Assembly (NCBI GenBank): GCA_963791045.1
Contig: CAWBQK010000017.1
Location: 192,001 to 256,000, forward strand
Length of the DNA stretch: 64,000 nt
Direction: 5' to 3'
Origin: Candidatus Latescibacterota bacterium
Lineage (GTDB): Bacteria; Krumholzibacteriota; Krumholzibacteriia; WVZY01
Position 1 is the stretch's first letter. Each line of letters opens with the position of its first letter. Made by a program: the position numbers and the translations under genes. Below, piece by piece: positions 37,560 through 47,466 of the stretch. Under the pieces are notes generated by a model that did no database searches, had not been told where the DNA came from, and worked only from the letters and a program-made list of their open reading frames with translations.

Positions 37560-38459
37560 ATGGCAAACGTATTGATGAGAACCGACGACCACGGTCTGGT
37601 TCCTGATATGAGCGGCAAGGTGAGAGACATTTTTGATCTCGACGATCATCTTTTGATCGTCACGTCCGACAGGGTCAGCGCCTACGATTCCATTCTCCCG
37701 ACGCCGGTGCCGGGAAAGGGAATCATCCTCACACAGATGACGCTCGGCTGGTATGACTATTTCGCCGGAAGACTGAAAACACACTTTGTCAGTGCGGATG
37801 TTGATGATTTCCCCGGCAAATTCAAGGGACGGAGCGAGCTGGCCGGCAGGAGCATGCTCGTCAAAAAGGCCGCCCGCTTCGATGTCGAATGCGTGGTTCG
37901 CGGGTACCTGGTGGGGTCCGGCTGGAAGGAATACAAACAGACCGGCGAGGTATGCGGGATCAAGTTGCCGGAAGGACTCGTGGAAGCATCTCTTCTCGCG
38001 GAGCCAATTTTTACGCCGGCCACAAAGGCGGATGACGGCCACGACGAGAATATCTCACTCGAGGTTATGAAGGAGATCGTGCCCGCCGACGTTGCGGACC
38101 GCCTGGCGGCAATGAGTATCGATATATACAACGAAGCTCATGCCTATGCCCGCGACCGCGGAATCATTCTCGCCGACACCAAATTTGAATTTGGCGAACT
38201 CGGTGGCGAAATCATCATGATCGACGAAATGCTTTCTCCCGATTCGTCACGGTTCTGGCCCGCGGACGAGTACGAACCGGGACGCGCGCAAATGAGTTTC
38301 GACAAACAGTTCGTTCGTGATTATCTCGACAACGTGGGCTGGGATCATGATCCTCCGGCGCCGGGTCTGCCCGCCGAAGTGGTCGAGAAAACCGTCGAAA
38401 GATATAGAGAAGCATGCAGTCAGCTGTTTCCTGACATAAACCTGGAGAAGTATCTGTGA
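37560..38459 (+). CDS. purC: SAICAR synthase
   Basis: GKVRDI, SDRVSAYD, ECVVRGYL, ADTKFEFG, PDSSRFW. Confidence 0.97.
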   Translation: MANVLMRTDDHGLVPDMSGKVRDIFDLDDHLLIVTSDRVSAYDSILPTPVPGKGIILTQMTLGWYDYFAGRLKTHFVSADVDDFPGKFKGRSELAGRSMLVKKAARFDVECVVRGYLVGSGWKEYKQTGEVCGIKLPEGLVEASLLAEPIFTPATKADDGHDENISLEVMKEIVPADVADRLAAMSIDIYNEAHAYARDRGIILADTKFEFGELGGEIIMIDEMLSPDSSRFWPADEYEPGRAQMSFDKQFVRDYLDNVGWDHDPPAPGLPAEVVEKTVERYREACSQLFPDINLEKYL

Positions 38460-40015
38460 ACGAAAAGATTAATACCGCGTTGATGAGTGTCACCGACAAG
38501 AGCGGGCTGGTCGAACTTGCCGGCGCGCTGTCAAAGGCGGGGGTACGAATTCTGTCGTCATCGGGAACACAGCGTCATCTCGCTGAAAACGGTTTCGAGG
38601 CCGTCGAGATCGCCGAATACACGGGAAGCGACGAGATTCTGGGCGGGCGTGTCAAAACACTCCATCCCAAGATTCACGCGGGTATTCTGGCCGACCGGTC
38701 GAAACCTGAGCACGTCGCGCAATTGGCGGAGGGCGATGTTTGGCCCATCGATCTGGTGGTCGTCAATCTCTACCCGTTCAAGGAAAAATACAAGGGCGGC
38801 GGGCTCACGGAGCTCGAAATGTGCGAGTTTATCGACATTGGCGGCATCACGTTGATCCGAGCCGCGGCAAAGAACTTCCACCACGTCGCCGTTGTGACGA
38901 ATCCGTCACAGTACGACACAGTGATCGCCGATATCGAGCGTGACGGCGTCGTGTCGCTCGAGACTCGAAGGAATCTCGCACGCGAGGCGTTTTCGTTGAC
39001 GTGTTCCTACGACGCCGCGATCGATTCATTCTTCACGACGCTGGTGGAGGAGGACGATCTTCCGGAGCGGATCAACATTTCTCTCGAAAAGGCGGGGACG
39101 CTGAGGTATGGCGAAAATCCCCACCAGAACGGTGCGCTGTATCGCTCCATCAATGAATCGCCGCTCACTGCGTTTGACCAGCACCAGGGGAAGGCGCTGT
39201 CATTCAATAACTACCTCGATCTGTTCGGAGCCTTTTCCTTGTCGAGGGATATGGACGCGCGTAGCGTTACCATCGTAAAACACACCAATCCTTGTGGTGT
39301 CGCATGGTGTGGAAATGAACTCGAGTCGTTCAGAAGAGCGCTTGCGACGGATCGGGTGAGCGCATTCGGCGGGATCGTGGCGGTCAACGGTGTGGTTGAG
39401 GAAGAACTCGCCGAGGAACTCAAGCAGATGTTTCTTGAGGTCATAATTGCCAGGTCGTTTACGGAGGACGCACTTGGTGTTTTCAAGAAAAAGAAAAACC
39501 TTCGCGTGTTGACGATTCCCGAGCGATTCTGGGATAAGCCGAATACAGGCATGATGGGGGTTCTTCTGGAGAATGTGGGACTTGTGCAGAATGTCGACTC
39601 CGGGTTCCCGGAACTCGATGAGCTCAAAGTCGTGACAAAACGTCCCCCCAATGATGACGAACAGAGGGGATGCGCGATGGCCTGGAAAGTGGCCAAGCAC
39701 GTCAAGTCAAACGCGATCGTGATAGCGGACCACGAGGGTACCGTGGGGATCGGCGCGGGCCAGATGAGCCGCGTTGATTCGTCACAAATCGCGACGCGCA
39801 AAGCCTTTGACGCCGGATTCACCCTTCTCGGAAAAATTGCGGCGTCCGACGCGTTCTTTCCTTTCGCCGATGGGGTTTCGACCCTCGCAAAGGCCGGTAT
39901 AACGGCCGTTATTCAACCGGGCGGGTCGATTCGAGATCAAGAGGTTATCGACGCGGCCGATACGGGAAACGTCGCGATGATGTTTACCGGACGGCGACAC
40001 TTCCGACATGTTTAA
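38456..40015 (+). CDS. purH: AICAR transformylase/IMP cyclohydrolase
   Basis: GRVKTLHP, IDIGG, LRYGENPHQ, KHTNPCG, ASDAFFPF, RHFRH. Confidence 0.98.
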   Translation: MNEKINTALMSVTDKSGLVELAGALSKAGVRILSSSGTQRHLAENGFEAVEIAEYTGSDEILGGRVKTLHPKIHAGILADRSKPEHVAQLAEGDVWPIDLVVVNLYPFKEKYKGGGLTELEMCEFIDIGGITLIRAAAKNFHHVAVVTNPSQYDTVIADIERDGVVSLETRRNLAREAFSLTCSYDAAIDSFFTTLVEEDDLPERINISLEKAGTLRYGENPHQNGALYRSINESPLTAFDQHQGKALSFNNYLDLFGAFSLSRDMDARSVTIVKHTNPCGVAWCGNELESFRRALATDRVSAFGGIVAVNGVVEEELAEELKQMFLEVIIARSFTEDALGVFKKKKNLRVLTIPERFWDKPNTGMMGVLLENVGLVQNVDSGFPELDELKVVTKRPPNDDEQRGCAMAWKVAKHVKSNAIVIADHEGTVGIGAGQMSRVDSSQIATRKAFDAGFTLLGKIAASDAFFPFADGVSTLAKAGITAVIQPGGSIRDQEVIDAADTGNVAMMFTGRRHFRHV

Positions 40016-40030
40016 CTGGGACGAGGATCA

Positions 40031-41569
40031 ATGGCGAAGAACGGAATAGTCATAATCGACTATGGTTCGCAGTATACGCAGCTTATAGCCCGGCGCATCC
40101 GCTCGATGCAGGTTTATTCACAGATCCTCACACCCACTTCCGAGTGGGAAGAGGTTGCCGAGTCGAATCCGCGTGGAATGATCCTTTCGGGAGGCCCCTC
40201 GAGCGTGTTTGGTGAGGACGCGCCGACACTTCCGGATTGGTTCGATAAGATCGAGGTGCCCGTTCTCGGTATCTGTTACGGAATGCAGCTCATCGCACAG
40301 CGGATCGGCGCGTCGGTGGAGTCATCGCCGGTCGGTGAGTACGGCCATACAATGATCGAAATCGAAAAGGAAAACGGTCTTTTCGCCGGAATACCGCGGA
40401 GTTTTAAGGCGTGGATGAGTCACGGCGACAAAATACACAACCTGCCCGAGGGCATGGACGTTCTTGCTTCCTCAGGCGATTGTCCGATCGCCGCCTTCGC
40501 GAATCTTGACGCGGGGATGTTTGGGGTTCAGTTCCATCCCGAAGTGATCCACACCAGTCACGGCGATGACATCCTGGACAATTTCCTGTTCAAAGTGTGC
40601 GCTTGCGAGAAAGAGTGGGAGCCCGGTCATATCATCGATGAGAAAATCCAGGACATTCGGGATTTGGTGGGCACCGGCCGCGTGATTTGCGGAGTGAGCG
40701 GCGGCGTGGACAGTTCGGTGGCAGCGTGTCTTATCGATCGGGCCATAGGCGACAAACTCGTGTGTGTGTTTGTCGACAACGGGTTGCTCCGGCAGGATGA
40801 AGCGGCACGCGTGATCGAACTGCTCGACAAGCAACTCACCGCGCCACTCGTGTTCGTCGATGCAGCGGACCGCTTTCTTGCCCGGCTCGAAGGCGTCACC
40901 GATCCGGAGGAAAAGAGAATCCGCATCGGAAATTTGTTTATCGAGGTATTTGAGGAAGTCAGCCGCGAGCGGGGTCCCTTTGGTTTCCTCGGACAGGGAA
41001 CCCTTTACCCCGATCGAATTGAGAGCATGTCGATGGTGGGGCCGTCCGCCACGATCAAGTCGCATCACAATGTGGGAGGGCTCCCGGAGAAGCTCAACTT
41101 CCAGCTCGTAGAACCGCTTTCGATGCTTTTCAAAGATGAAGTCCGCGAAATCGGCACCGCGCTCGGTGTGCCCACAGAACAACTTAAGCGACACCCGTTT
41201 CCTGGCCCGGGACTTGCAGTCCGCGTGCTCGGAGAGATCACTGCCGAAAAGCTACACATACTCCGTCAGGCGGACGAAATCTTTATCGAGGGTCTCAAGA
41301 GATGGAATCTGTATGACCAGGTATGGCAGGCCGGCGCGATTCTGCTCCCTGTGAGGAGCGTTGGTGTGATGGGAGATGCGCGGACGTACGACTTTTCATG
41401 CGTGCTGCGCGCGGTCACCAGTACGGACGGAATGACGGCCGATTGGGCAAAACTGGATAACGCGTTCTTGCAGGAGATCTCCAACCGTATTATTAATTCA
41501 GTGAACGGAATCAACCGCGTGGTCTATGACATCAGTTCAAAGCCCCCTAGCACTATCGAGTGGGAGTGA
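40031..41569 (+). CDS. guaA: GMP synthase (glutamine-hydrolysing)
   Basis: GSQYTQLI, GICYGMQ, QFHPEV, SGGVDS, IKSHHNVGG, KPPSTIEWE. Confidence 0.98.
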   Translation: MAKNGIVIIDYGSQYTQLIARRIRSMQVYSQILTPTSEWEEVAESNPRGMILSGGPSSVFGEDAPTLPDWFDKIEVPVLGICYGMQLIAQRIGASVESSPVGEYGHTMIEIEKENGLFAGIPRSFKAWMSHGDKIHNLPEGMDVLASSGDCPIAAFANLDAGMFGVQFHPEVIHTSHGDDILDNFLFKVCACEKEWEPGHIIDEKIQDIRDLVGTGRVICGVSGGVDSSVAACLIDRAIGDKLVCVFVDNGLLRQDEAARVIELLDKQLTAPLVFVDAADRFLARLEGVTDPEEKRIRIGNLFIEVFEEVSRERGPFGFLGQGTLYPDRIESMSMVGPSATIKSHHNVGGLPEKLNFQLVEPLSMLFKDEVREIGTALGVPTEQLKRHPFPGPGLAVRVLGEITAEKLHILRQADEIFIEGLKRWNLYDQVWQAGAILLPVRSVGVMGDARTYDFSCVLRAVTSTDGMTADWAKLDNAFLQEISNRIINSVNGINRVVYDISSKPPSTIEWE

Positions 41570-41655
41570 CGCTCGCTTCGGTCGGGGTGGAAAAGGTGTT
41601 CGCGCGGAAAACTGCATGTAACGGTTTTCAAACCCGATATCGCAGCCGTCAACCA

Positions 41656-44064
41656 ATGATGCGAACAACGCTCGCCGTTTTGTTATTTTTTTGCACCCTC
41701 GTTTACGGGGTGTCTGCACCCGTGGCGGATTCCGCCATCACACTTCTCGTCGACCGCCCCCCGCAGAGTCTTCGCAGCGAAACTATCGATCTCGACGATT
41801 ACTGGAACTCGGCGCGGCTGCTCGCGCACTTTGGCGAAAACAACCGGGCCTATGAGATCCTCCGGCAAAGACCCGCGTCGGGGGCCATGGACCTCCAGGT
41901 CGAACGTTTCGAGTCGAGACTACTGACGGAGATCGGGCTATACCGCCGGGCAGACAGCTTGCTTGCCCTCCAAACGTTTGTCGACGACGAACGCACATAT
42001 TTTCTGCATTATCTTAGAAGAGCGCGTATAAACGCCATGGCCGGAGAGTATGACAGGGCTCTCGAGTTTCTCGAGTTGATCGAGGGCGTTGACGTGGAGG
42101 CCTTTCAGCCGTACCGCGATCTGCTCGAAGTGGAGTGTCTCCTACAGATAGAGAACCCGCTCGCCGCCTGCGACGTGGCCGAAAAGCGGCTTGCGCACGG
42201 CGTCCCGCTGTCGCTCACGCCGGAATTCGAAGCGCTGTTGTTGGAAGCGTACCTGGGCGCGGACCGAAACGATGACGCGCTCGAACTCATCGAAATTCTC
42301 AAGGCAAAGACGTCAAAACGATCGACGCTGGCGCCGCTCGTGGCCCGCGAGGTCGATATCAGGTTTATGCTCGGCGATACGCTGGCCGCCGTCGAAGCGG
42401 CCTACGAATTGACGCAATCGTCACCTACTCGCGGGGCGGGAATCGAGGCGTTCGAACGCCTGATCGCGCTTGTACCGCTGGATGATTTGTCCGATGAAAT
42501 CCTGTTGGGGTTCAGCGAGTCGATGGTTCGCCGGAATCGTCTCGCCGCGGCGGATCCCCTGGTCGACGTTCTTGCTAAAAGGGAACTCGACGAAAACGGA
42601 CGTGAACAGCGCCGCATGATCGTCGGCGAAATGTATTACAGGCAGAAACGCTACAGCAAGTCGTACGGGAAATTGGAAAAGCCGTTTGACGACGCCCCGC
42701 TGGAGAGCCGTGCGAAGCTGTACCGGGCGCGTATCTACCGGAAAACGGGACAACCGGTGCGGGCGGCGGACGCTTACGAGATTTTTGCCCGGGCGTATCC
42801 GTACGAGGCGAAATCCGCGGAGGCTCTCTATGTAGCGTCCGACCTGAATCTCGGCGCGGGAAAACTGCAGAAATCAGCCGAACTTCTCAACCGAATTATT
42901 GAAACATACCCGAGCAACCGGTACTCGCGGCTCGCGACCCTGAAAATCGCCCAATATTACATCGATCGGGGCGAGTTGACGAAGGGGGCCGGGATACTAG
43001 AACAACTTCTTGAGAAAAAGGGCCGACGTGATGCCACCTTGCTTTACAATCTCGCCATCGTTTATGGAATGATGGGCGAACCCGAGAGGAAGGCTAAGGC
43101 CCTCTCGGAAATCGAGACGTTGAACCCCGTGTCGTTCTATCTCGAACCGGAAATCCCCGAATTTTTTGAGCAACCGATGATGGCGAGCAACGGATCGGCG
43201 GCACTGCACGGACAGGGAGGTCTGCTCGAATTCCTCAAGATGGTGTACGAAAAAAGAACCCGGGCTTACGAGGCTGTTCGCGATGTGGTTGAACCTCTCG
43301 AGGACACCAGTTCAATCGACGCTTCACGGGTGTACCTCGAAAGGGGACGGGTATTTCTACAGATGGGATTTCGGGATTGGGCGGAACGCGAACTCCGGAT
43401 CGTCGAGTCGAAGAAAAAGCTGCCGGCCCGCGTGTACCTCGAGCTCGGCGTCTTGTACGATGATTTTGCGATGCCATGGAGGAGCGTTCGATCCTTTCAA
43501 CGTGTCTACTACACGTTTGATGATGAGAAGAGACGAGAGCTCTACGGTTACTTCAAATTGCTCACGCACCCCGTTCCGTTTCCGGGGGTCGTGTTTGAAA
43601 ACTGTTCGCGGTATGGAATGGCGCCGCACCTGGTTTATGCGATGATGCGCCAGGAGAGCCGCTTCGATGACAAGGCCGTCTCGCGTGCGGGGGCGTTGGG
43701 TTTGATGCAGTTGATGCCGGCAACGGGAGAGCAGGTCGCCGACGAACTTGGATTTCCCGATGTTACACAGGCAAATCTGCTGTCCCCAAGTATAAATTTG
43801 ACCTTTGGGATCTGGTACGCGTCTCATCTTCTCGAGCGCAGCAATGACAATCCTCAGATGATGCTCGCGTCGTACAACGCCGGTTTCGGAAACGGAAAGA
43901 GATGGTTTGGCGGACGCCATTCAAAAGACCCGACCATCGATAAGGTCGAGAGTATCGACTATCGCGAAACCAGAACCTACGTCAAGAATATCGTCGAGTC
44001 GGCACGGATATACCATGCGTATTATTTTGATACTGACCGTGATATTCTCGGTCTTGTCCGCTAG
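41656..44064 (+). CDS. TPR-containing soluble lytic transglycosylase (Slt70-like)
   Basis: Signal peptide; helical repeats; MRQESRF, GALGLMQLMP, ASYNAG, ETRTYVK. Confidence 0.92.
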   Translation: MMRTTLAVLLFFCTLVYGVSAPVADSAITLLVDRPPQSLRSETIDLDDYWNSARLLAHFGENNRAYEILRQRPASGAMDLQVERFESRLLTEIGLYRRADSLLALQTFVDDERTYFLHYLRRARINAMAGEYDRALEFLELIEGVDVEAFQPYRDLLEVECLLQIENPLAACDVAEKRLAHGVPLSLTPEFEALLLEAYLGADRNDDALELIEILKAKTSKRSTLAPLVAREVDIRFMLGDTLAAVEAAYELTQSSPTRGAGIEAFERLIALVPLDDLSDEILLGFSESMVRRNRLAAADPLVDVLAKRELDENGREQRRMIVGEMYYRQKRYSKSYGKLEKPFDDAPLESRAKLYRARIYRKTGQPVRAADAYEIFARAYPYEAKSAEALYVASDLNLGAGKLQKSAELLNRIIETYPSNRYSRLATLKIAQYYIDRGELTKGAGILEQLLEKKGRRDATLLYNLAIVYGMMGEPERKAKALSEIETLNPVSFYLEPEIPEFFEQPMMASNGSAALHGQGGLLEFLKMVYEKRTRAYEAVRDVVEPLEDTSSIDASRVYLERGRVFLQMGFRDWAERELRIVESKKKLPARVYLELGVLYDDFAMPWRSVRSFQRVYYTFDDEKRRELYGYFKLLTHPVPFPGVVFENCSRYGMAPHLVYAMMRQESRFDDKAVSRAGALGLMQLMPATGEQVADELGFPDVTQANLLSPSINLTFGIWYASHLLERSNDNPQMMLASYNAGFGNGKRWFGGRHSKDPTIDKVESIDYRETRTYVKNIVESARIYHAYYFDTDRDILGLVR

Positions 44065-45334
44065 TTCCCCCGCCCGAAGCAGCGATGACAACCCGAACCC
44101 CACCCTCGTATACCCCCCGTGGAAACATACGCTGGGCTTGCGCCGCGTGGGCCAAAGGCACCTCGATTTCTATTCGGGTTATCGAAAAACATTCAAGAAT
44201 CCTCAGGGTCTGGCTGCGGTCAAACTCGACTTCAACGATGCCGAGGGGCCGGGCGACGACGAAGAGTTGACGATCTACGGCGTGAACTCGGGCAGTGGGG
44301 AGATTTTCTATAACAAGTCGATGGTGAGCGCTGGATTTTTTGGCGCAATTGGTTCCGGCGACGCCCAGTTCAAGGATGCCGTGGGGATCGGCGCCGACAG
44401 ATCGGGGAACGTGGTGGTCGCGGATTCCGGCAATAGACGGGTGGTCGTTCTGCGAAATGTCGATAACCAGCTCGAATGGGTGCGGTCTTTCGAGTTGTTG
44501 GGCCGAGGCATTCCTGTGGGGATCGCGCTCGAAGACTCGCTCGTGTACATAGCGGACGCGGAATCGAACCGGGTTTTTGTCGCGGATCTCTTTGGCCGCC
44601 ATATTGGCGATTTGGGTAAGGGGATGCTCGTCAGACCATTTGGCGTCGCGGTGATATCGCGGACGGACTGGAACTACTACGGCGCGAATTTTATTGTTGT
44701 CACGGATTCCGTCAAGCAGCGGCTCGTTCAAATGGGACCCCGGGGAGAGATTGTTGAAATTCGCCGATACAAGGACGTTTCGGATGGGAAGGGAGGTTTC
44801 AATTTTGCCGCTATTGATTATTACGGCAATGTGTACGTGACGGACACGGGGGCCGGTTGTATTTACAAATTCGATAGACATCTCAACTACGTGACACGAG
44901 TCGGGTGTGCTACGGGCACAAAAGATGATCTCGTTGAGCCGAGGGGAATCACGATACACAGACGATTCGGACAGCTGTTCGTCGCCGAGAAAGAGGGCGC
45001 AAGTTATTTTTGGATCGGCACGGATGTAAAAAGACTTCGATGTACCGCGAGTGTCCGGGCTGGGACGGTCGCGCTCGATATTGAATTTCACCTGACGGAA
45101 AACTCGGAAGTGACACTAACCCTCTCAAACGCCGATGGAGAGACGGTCCGCACACTGCTCAATGAGTATACGATGCGGGTGGGGAAACATCGGGACGCGC
45201 TGTCGATTCCCGAAGGCGATCTTCCGTGTCCGATTGCAAATTGCGTCTATTTTCTTGAAATCGAGGCCAGGGCGACGTACTCGTCAAGAAAGTACCACTC
45301 GGTAAAAAAATCCATACAAATTCGAGTCGAGTGA
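44015..45334 (+). CDS. Secreted NHL-repeat protein with FlgD-like C-terminal domain
   Basis: Signal peptide; PQGLA / VVADSGNRRV / YIADAESNRV / YVTDTG repeats; tail FHLTENSEVTLTLSNADGETVRTL. Confidence 0.8.
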   Translation: MRIILILTVIFSVLSASSPARSSDDNPNPTLVYPPWKHTLGLRRVGQRHLDFYSGYRKTFKNPQGLAAVKLDFNDAEGPGDDEELTIYGVNSGSGEIFYNKSMVSAGFFGAIGSGDAQFKDAVGIGADRSGNVVVADSGNRRVVVLRNVDNQLEWVRSFELLGRGIPVGIALEDSLVYIADAESNRVFVADLFGRHIGDLGKGMLVRPFGVAVISRTDWNYYGANFIVVTDSVKQRLVQMGPRGEIVEIRRYKDVSDGKGGFNFAAIDYYGNVYVTDTGAGCIYKFDRHLNYVTRVGCATGTKDDLVEPRGITIHRRFGQLFVAEKEGASYFWIGTDVKRLRCTASVRAGTVALDIEFHLTENSEVTLTLSNADGETVRTLLNEYTMRVGKHRDALSIPEGDLPCPIANCVYFLEIEARATYSSRKYHSVKKSIQIRVE

Positions 45335-45605
45335 TCCGTCGACGACCCCACTGCCCGCCGCTTGTCACCCGACAAAGACCGACGCTTCCGCAATCCTTCG
45401 TGCTGCTCTCTGTATTCCACTGAAACCAATCGTGTTATGAGGTTGCGCGCTCTCGCGTGCCTCCATGAGTTTTGGGCTCGCTCGGGCTCGCTTGGCCTTG
45501 ATTTTGCATGTAGGAGCATGATCCTGGTCTAAACTGGCAAAAATCTGCTCTCGAAACACGGGAGGGTGTCGGGTTTTTTTGTCACTTTCCGGTGGTTCGG
45601 TTCGG

Positions 45606-45621
45606 CGGCACGGCTGTTGCT
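45606..45621 (+). promoter_or_regulatory. Sigma-54 -24/-12 promoter
   Basis: CGGCACG-GCTG-TTGCT, exact GG-N10-GC spacing, ~80 bp upstream of the TPR gene. Confidence 0.7.
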
Positions 45622-45702
45622 GTGCGTTATGCGGGTGCAATAGGTTCGTCCGGCTCCAGGCCGATGGATAAAACTCTCACGCTTACGACGTAGGGGCGAA
45701 TT

Positions 45703-46641
45703 ATGTTTCTCAAGCGATTCTTCAAGTTCATTCCGAAGAACGATTATTCCCGCGCGTTGGATCTTTTCAACGAGGGACACTACAAGAAAGCTCTGAAAAT
45801 TTTTGAAGATCTACGGGCGAGACAGTCGACGGAAGAGGAACTCGACCTGGCTACTGTCGAGCTGTTCGCCTGCGAGTCTCACGTCGCGTTGAGTAAACAG
45901 CGGCTGAACCACGGCAATCTTAAAGACGCCATTGTCGAGATGGAGAACGCCGTAGCCCTCAAGCCCGAGTTTGCCGATCTCAGGTTCACGCTCGGCGGGC
46001 TTCTTGTGGATGCTTCGAGACTGGACGACGCACGGGAACATTTTGAGAACGCCCTCAGAATTAATCCTAAATTCTTCAAAGCAAACATCAGTCTGGCTCG
46101 CGTGTTGTTCACCATGGGCGAAGTCGAGAACTCCGCGCAGCTGATCCGGGACGCCATGGAAGACTGTCCCAAGTTCTATCGCGACAACCTTGAACAGCTC
46201 GTGCAAATGCTTCGCACCGGGGAATCAGGCGACTCCTTGAACAATGCCTTCCGGGAAATCCTCGAAGATCGACCAAGCTCGACCCAGGTTCGCCGTGAAA
46301 TCGCGATCGAGGCGATTCAGAACGGGGACTATGCGGAGGCCGTTCGAGAATTGAAGAAGTCCATTGCCGTTAATCCCGATTACCCCGACCTCCACAACTA
46401 TCTGGGAATCGCTTACGGGAACAGCGGGATGGTTGATGATTCCATCGAAGAATTTGAGACAGCTCTCAAGATCAATCCGTATTATATGAAGGCCAGATTG
46501 AATCTCGGCCTTGCTCTCTACGACCAGGGGCGTTACGAGGAAGCACACAATCATATCGAACGGGTATTGAGTGTCCAGCCAGAGAACCAACTCGCGCAAA
46601 ACTTGCTCGCCGAGTTAAGAGCGGTGTCGGAGAGAAAGTAG
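45703..46641 (+). CDS. Cytoplasmic TPR protein
   Basis: Two TPR clusters (PEFADLRFTLG.. / PDYPDLHNYLG..ALKINPYY). Confidence 0.88.
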   Translation: MFLKRFFKFIPKNDYSRALDLFNEGHYKKALKIFEDLRARQSTEEELDLATVELFACESHVALSKQRLNHGNLKDAIVEMENAVALKPEFADLRFTLGGLLVDASRLDDAREHFENALRINPKFFKANISLARVLFTMGEVENSAQLIRDAMEDCPKFYRDNLEQLVQMLRTGESGDSLNNAFREILEDRPSSTQVRREIAIEAIQNGDYAEAVRELKKSIAVNPDYPDLHNYLGIAYGNSGMVDDSIEEFETALKINPYYMKARLNLGLALYDQGRYEEAHNHIERVLSVQPENQLAQNLLAELRAVSERK

Positions 46642-46647
46642 AACCGA

Positions 46648-47364
46648 ATGGGTAAAAAAGAAGAATTTACCGATTTTTACGAGGTCCTCCGTGTCTGGCC
46701 GACGGCGTCCGATGATGCGATCAAGAAGGCGTACTTCAATCTCGCCAAGCTTTTTCATCCGGACGTAGCGGGGCGCAACGGCGACAGCAATGGCGACAAC
46801 GGTCGCGAGTCTGAAGACAGCGTCGATTTCAAAATGGTCAACGAGGCGTACGCCGTTCTCAGTGATCCGGTCAAGCGACGTGAGTACGATGACGAGTTGA
46901 AAGTGTGTGGTTCGCGACAGAAGAGGTGGCACGCCAAGGAAGCCGACAAGCGCTCCGCACAACTCGCGTTCGATCAAGCGAGAACGGCGATGAGGCACAA
47001 CCGGTATGACAAGGCGGTTGTTCTTCTCAAGAGCGCATTGAAATACGATTCGTCCAATGCCGCATACCACAGCTGGTATGGTTTTTCCCTGGGCGCGCTC
47101 AACGCAAGACTCCATGAGGCCCGTGACGCTTGCAAGAAAGCGCTCGAAATGGAGTTCTACAACGCGGACTACCACGCCAATCTCGGTTATGTCTATTGGC
47201 AGGCCGGTTTGAAGAGCACGGCCCATGAGAGCTTCAACGAGGCGCTCAAGTGGGACCCTGAGCACACTTTGGCCCTCAAATACCTCAACGGAAACGGCAA
47301 AAAACAGAACGGCAATTTCGTAAAGGGCCTATTCTCCTTCATGCGCCGGGACGCGTCTCACTAG
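46648..47364 (+). CDS. J-domain + TPR co-chaperone
   Basis: [38 protein letters not shown], then TPRs. Confidence 0.92.
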   Translation: MGKKEEFTDFYEVLRVWPTASDDAIKKAYFNLAKLFHPDVAGRNGDSNGDNGRESEDSVDFKMVNEAYAVLSDPVKRREYDDELKVCGSRQKRWHAKEADKRSAQLAFDQARTAMRHNRYDKAVVLLKSALKYDSSNAAYHSWYGFSLGALNARLHEARDACKKALEMEFYNADYHANLGYVYWQAGLKSTAHESFNEALKWDPEHTLALKYLNGNGKKQNGNFVKGLFSFMRRDASH

Positions 47365-47466
47365 TCCAACTCACCTGACCTGAAAATCCCTATGGTTTGG
47401 GCAAAACTGCGGTTGACACCTGGCGTGTGTCTACCTAGAATCTCTTTGTATCAAGGCCCAAAACAT

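Noticed and set aside
45534-45549. Second sigma-54 site TGGCAAAAATCTGC
   Set aside because: GG-to-GC spacing is 9, not the obligatory 10.
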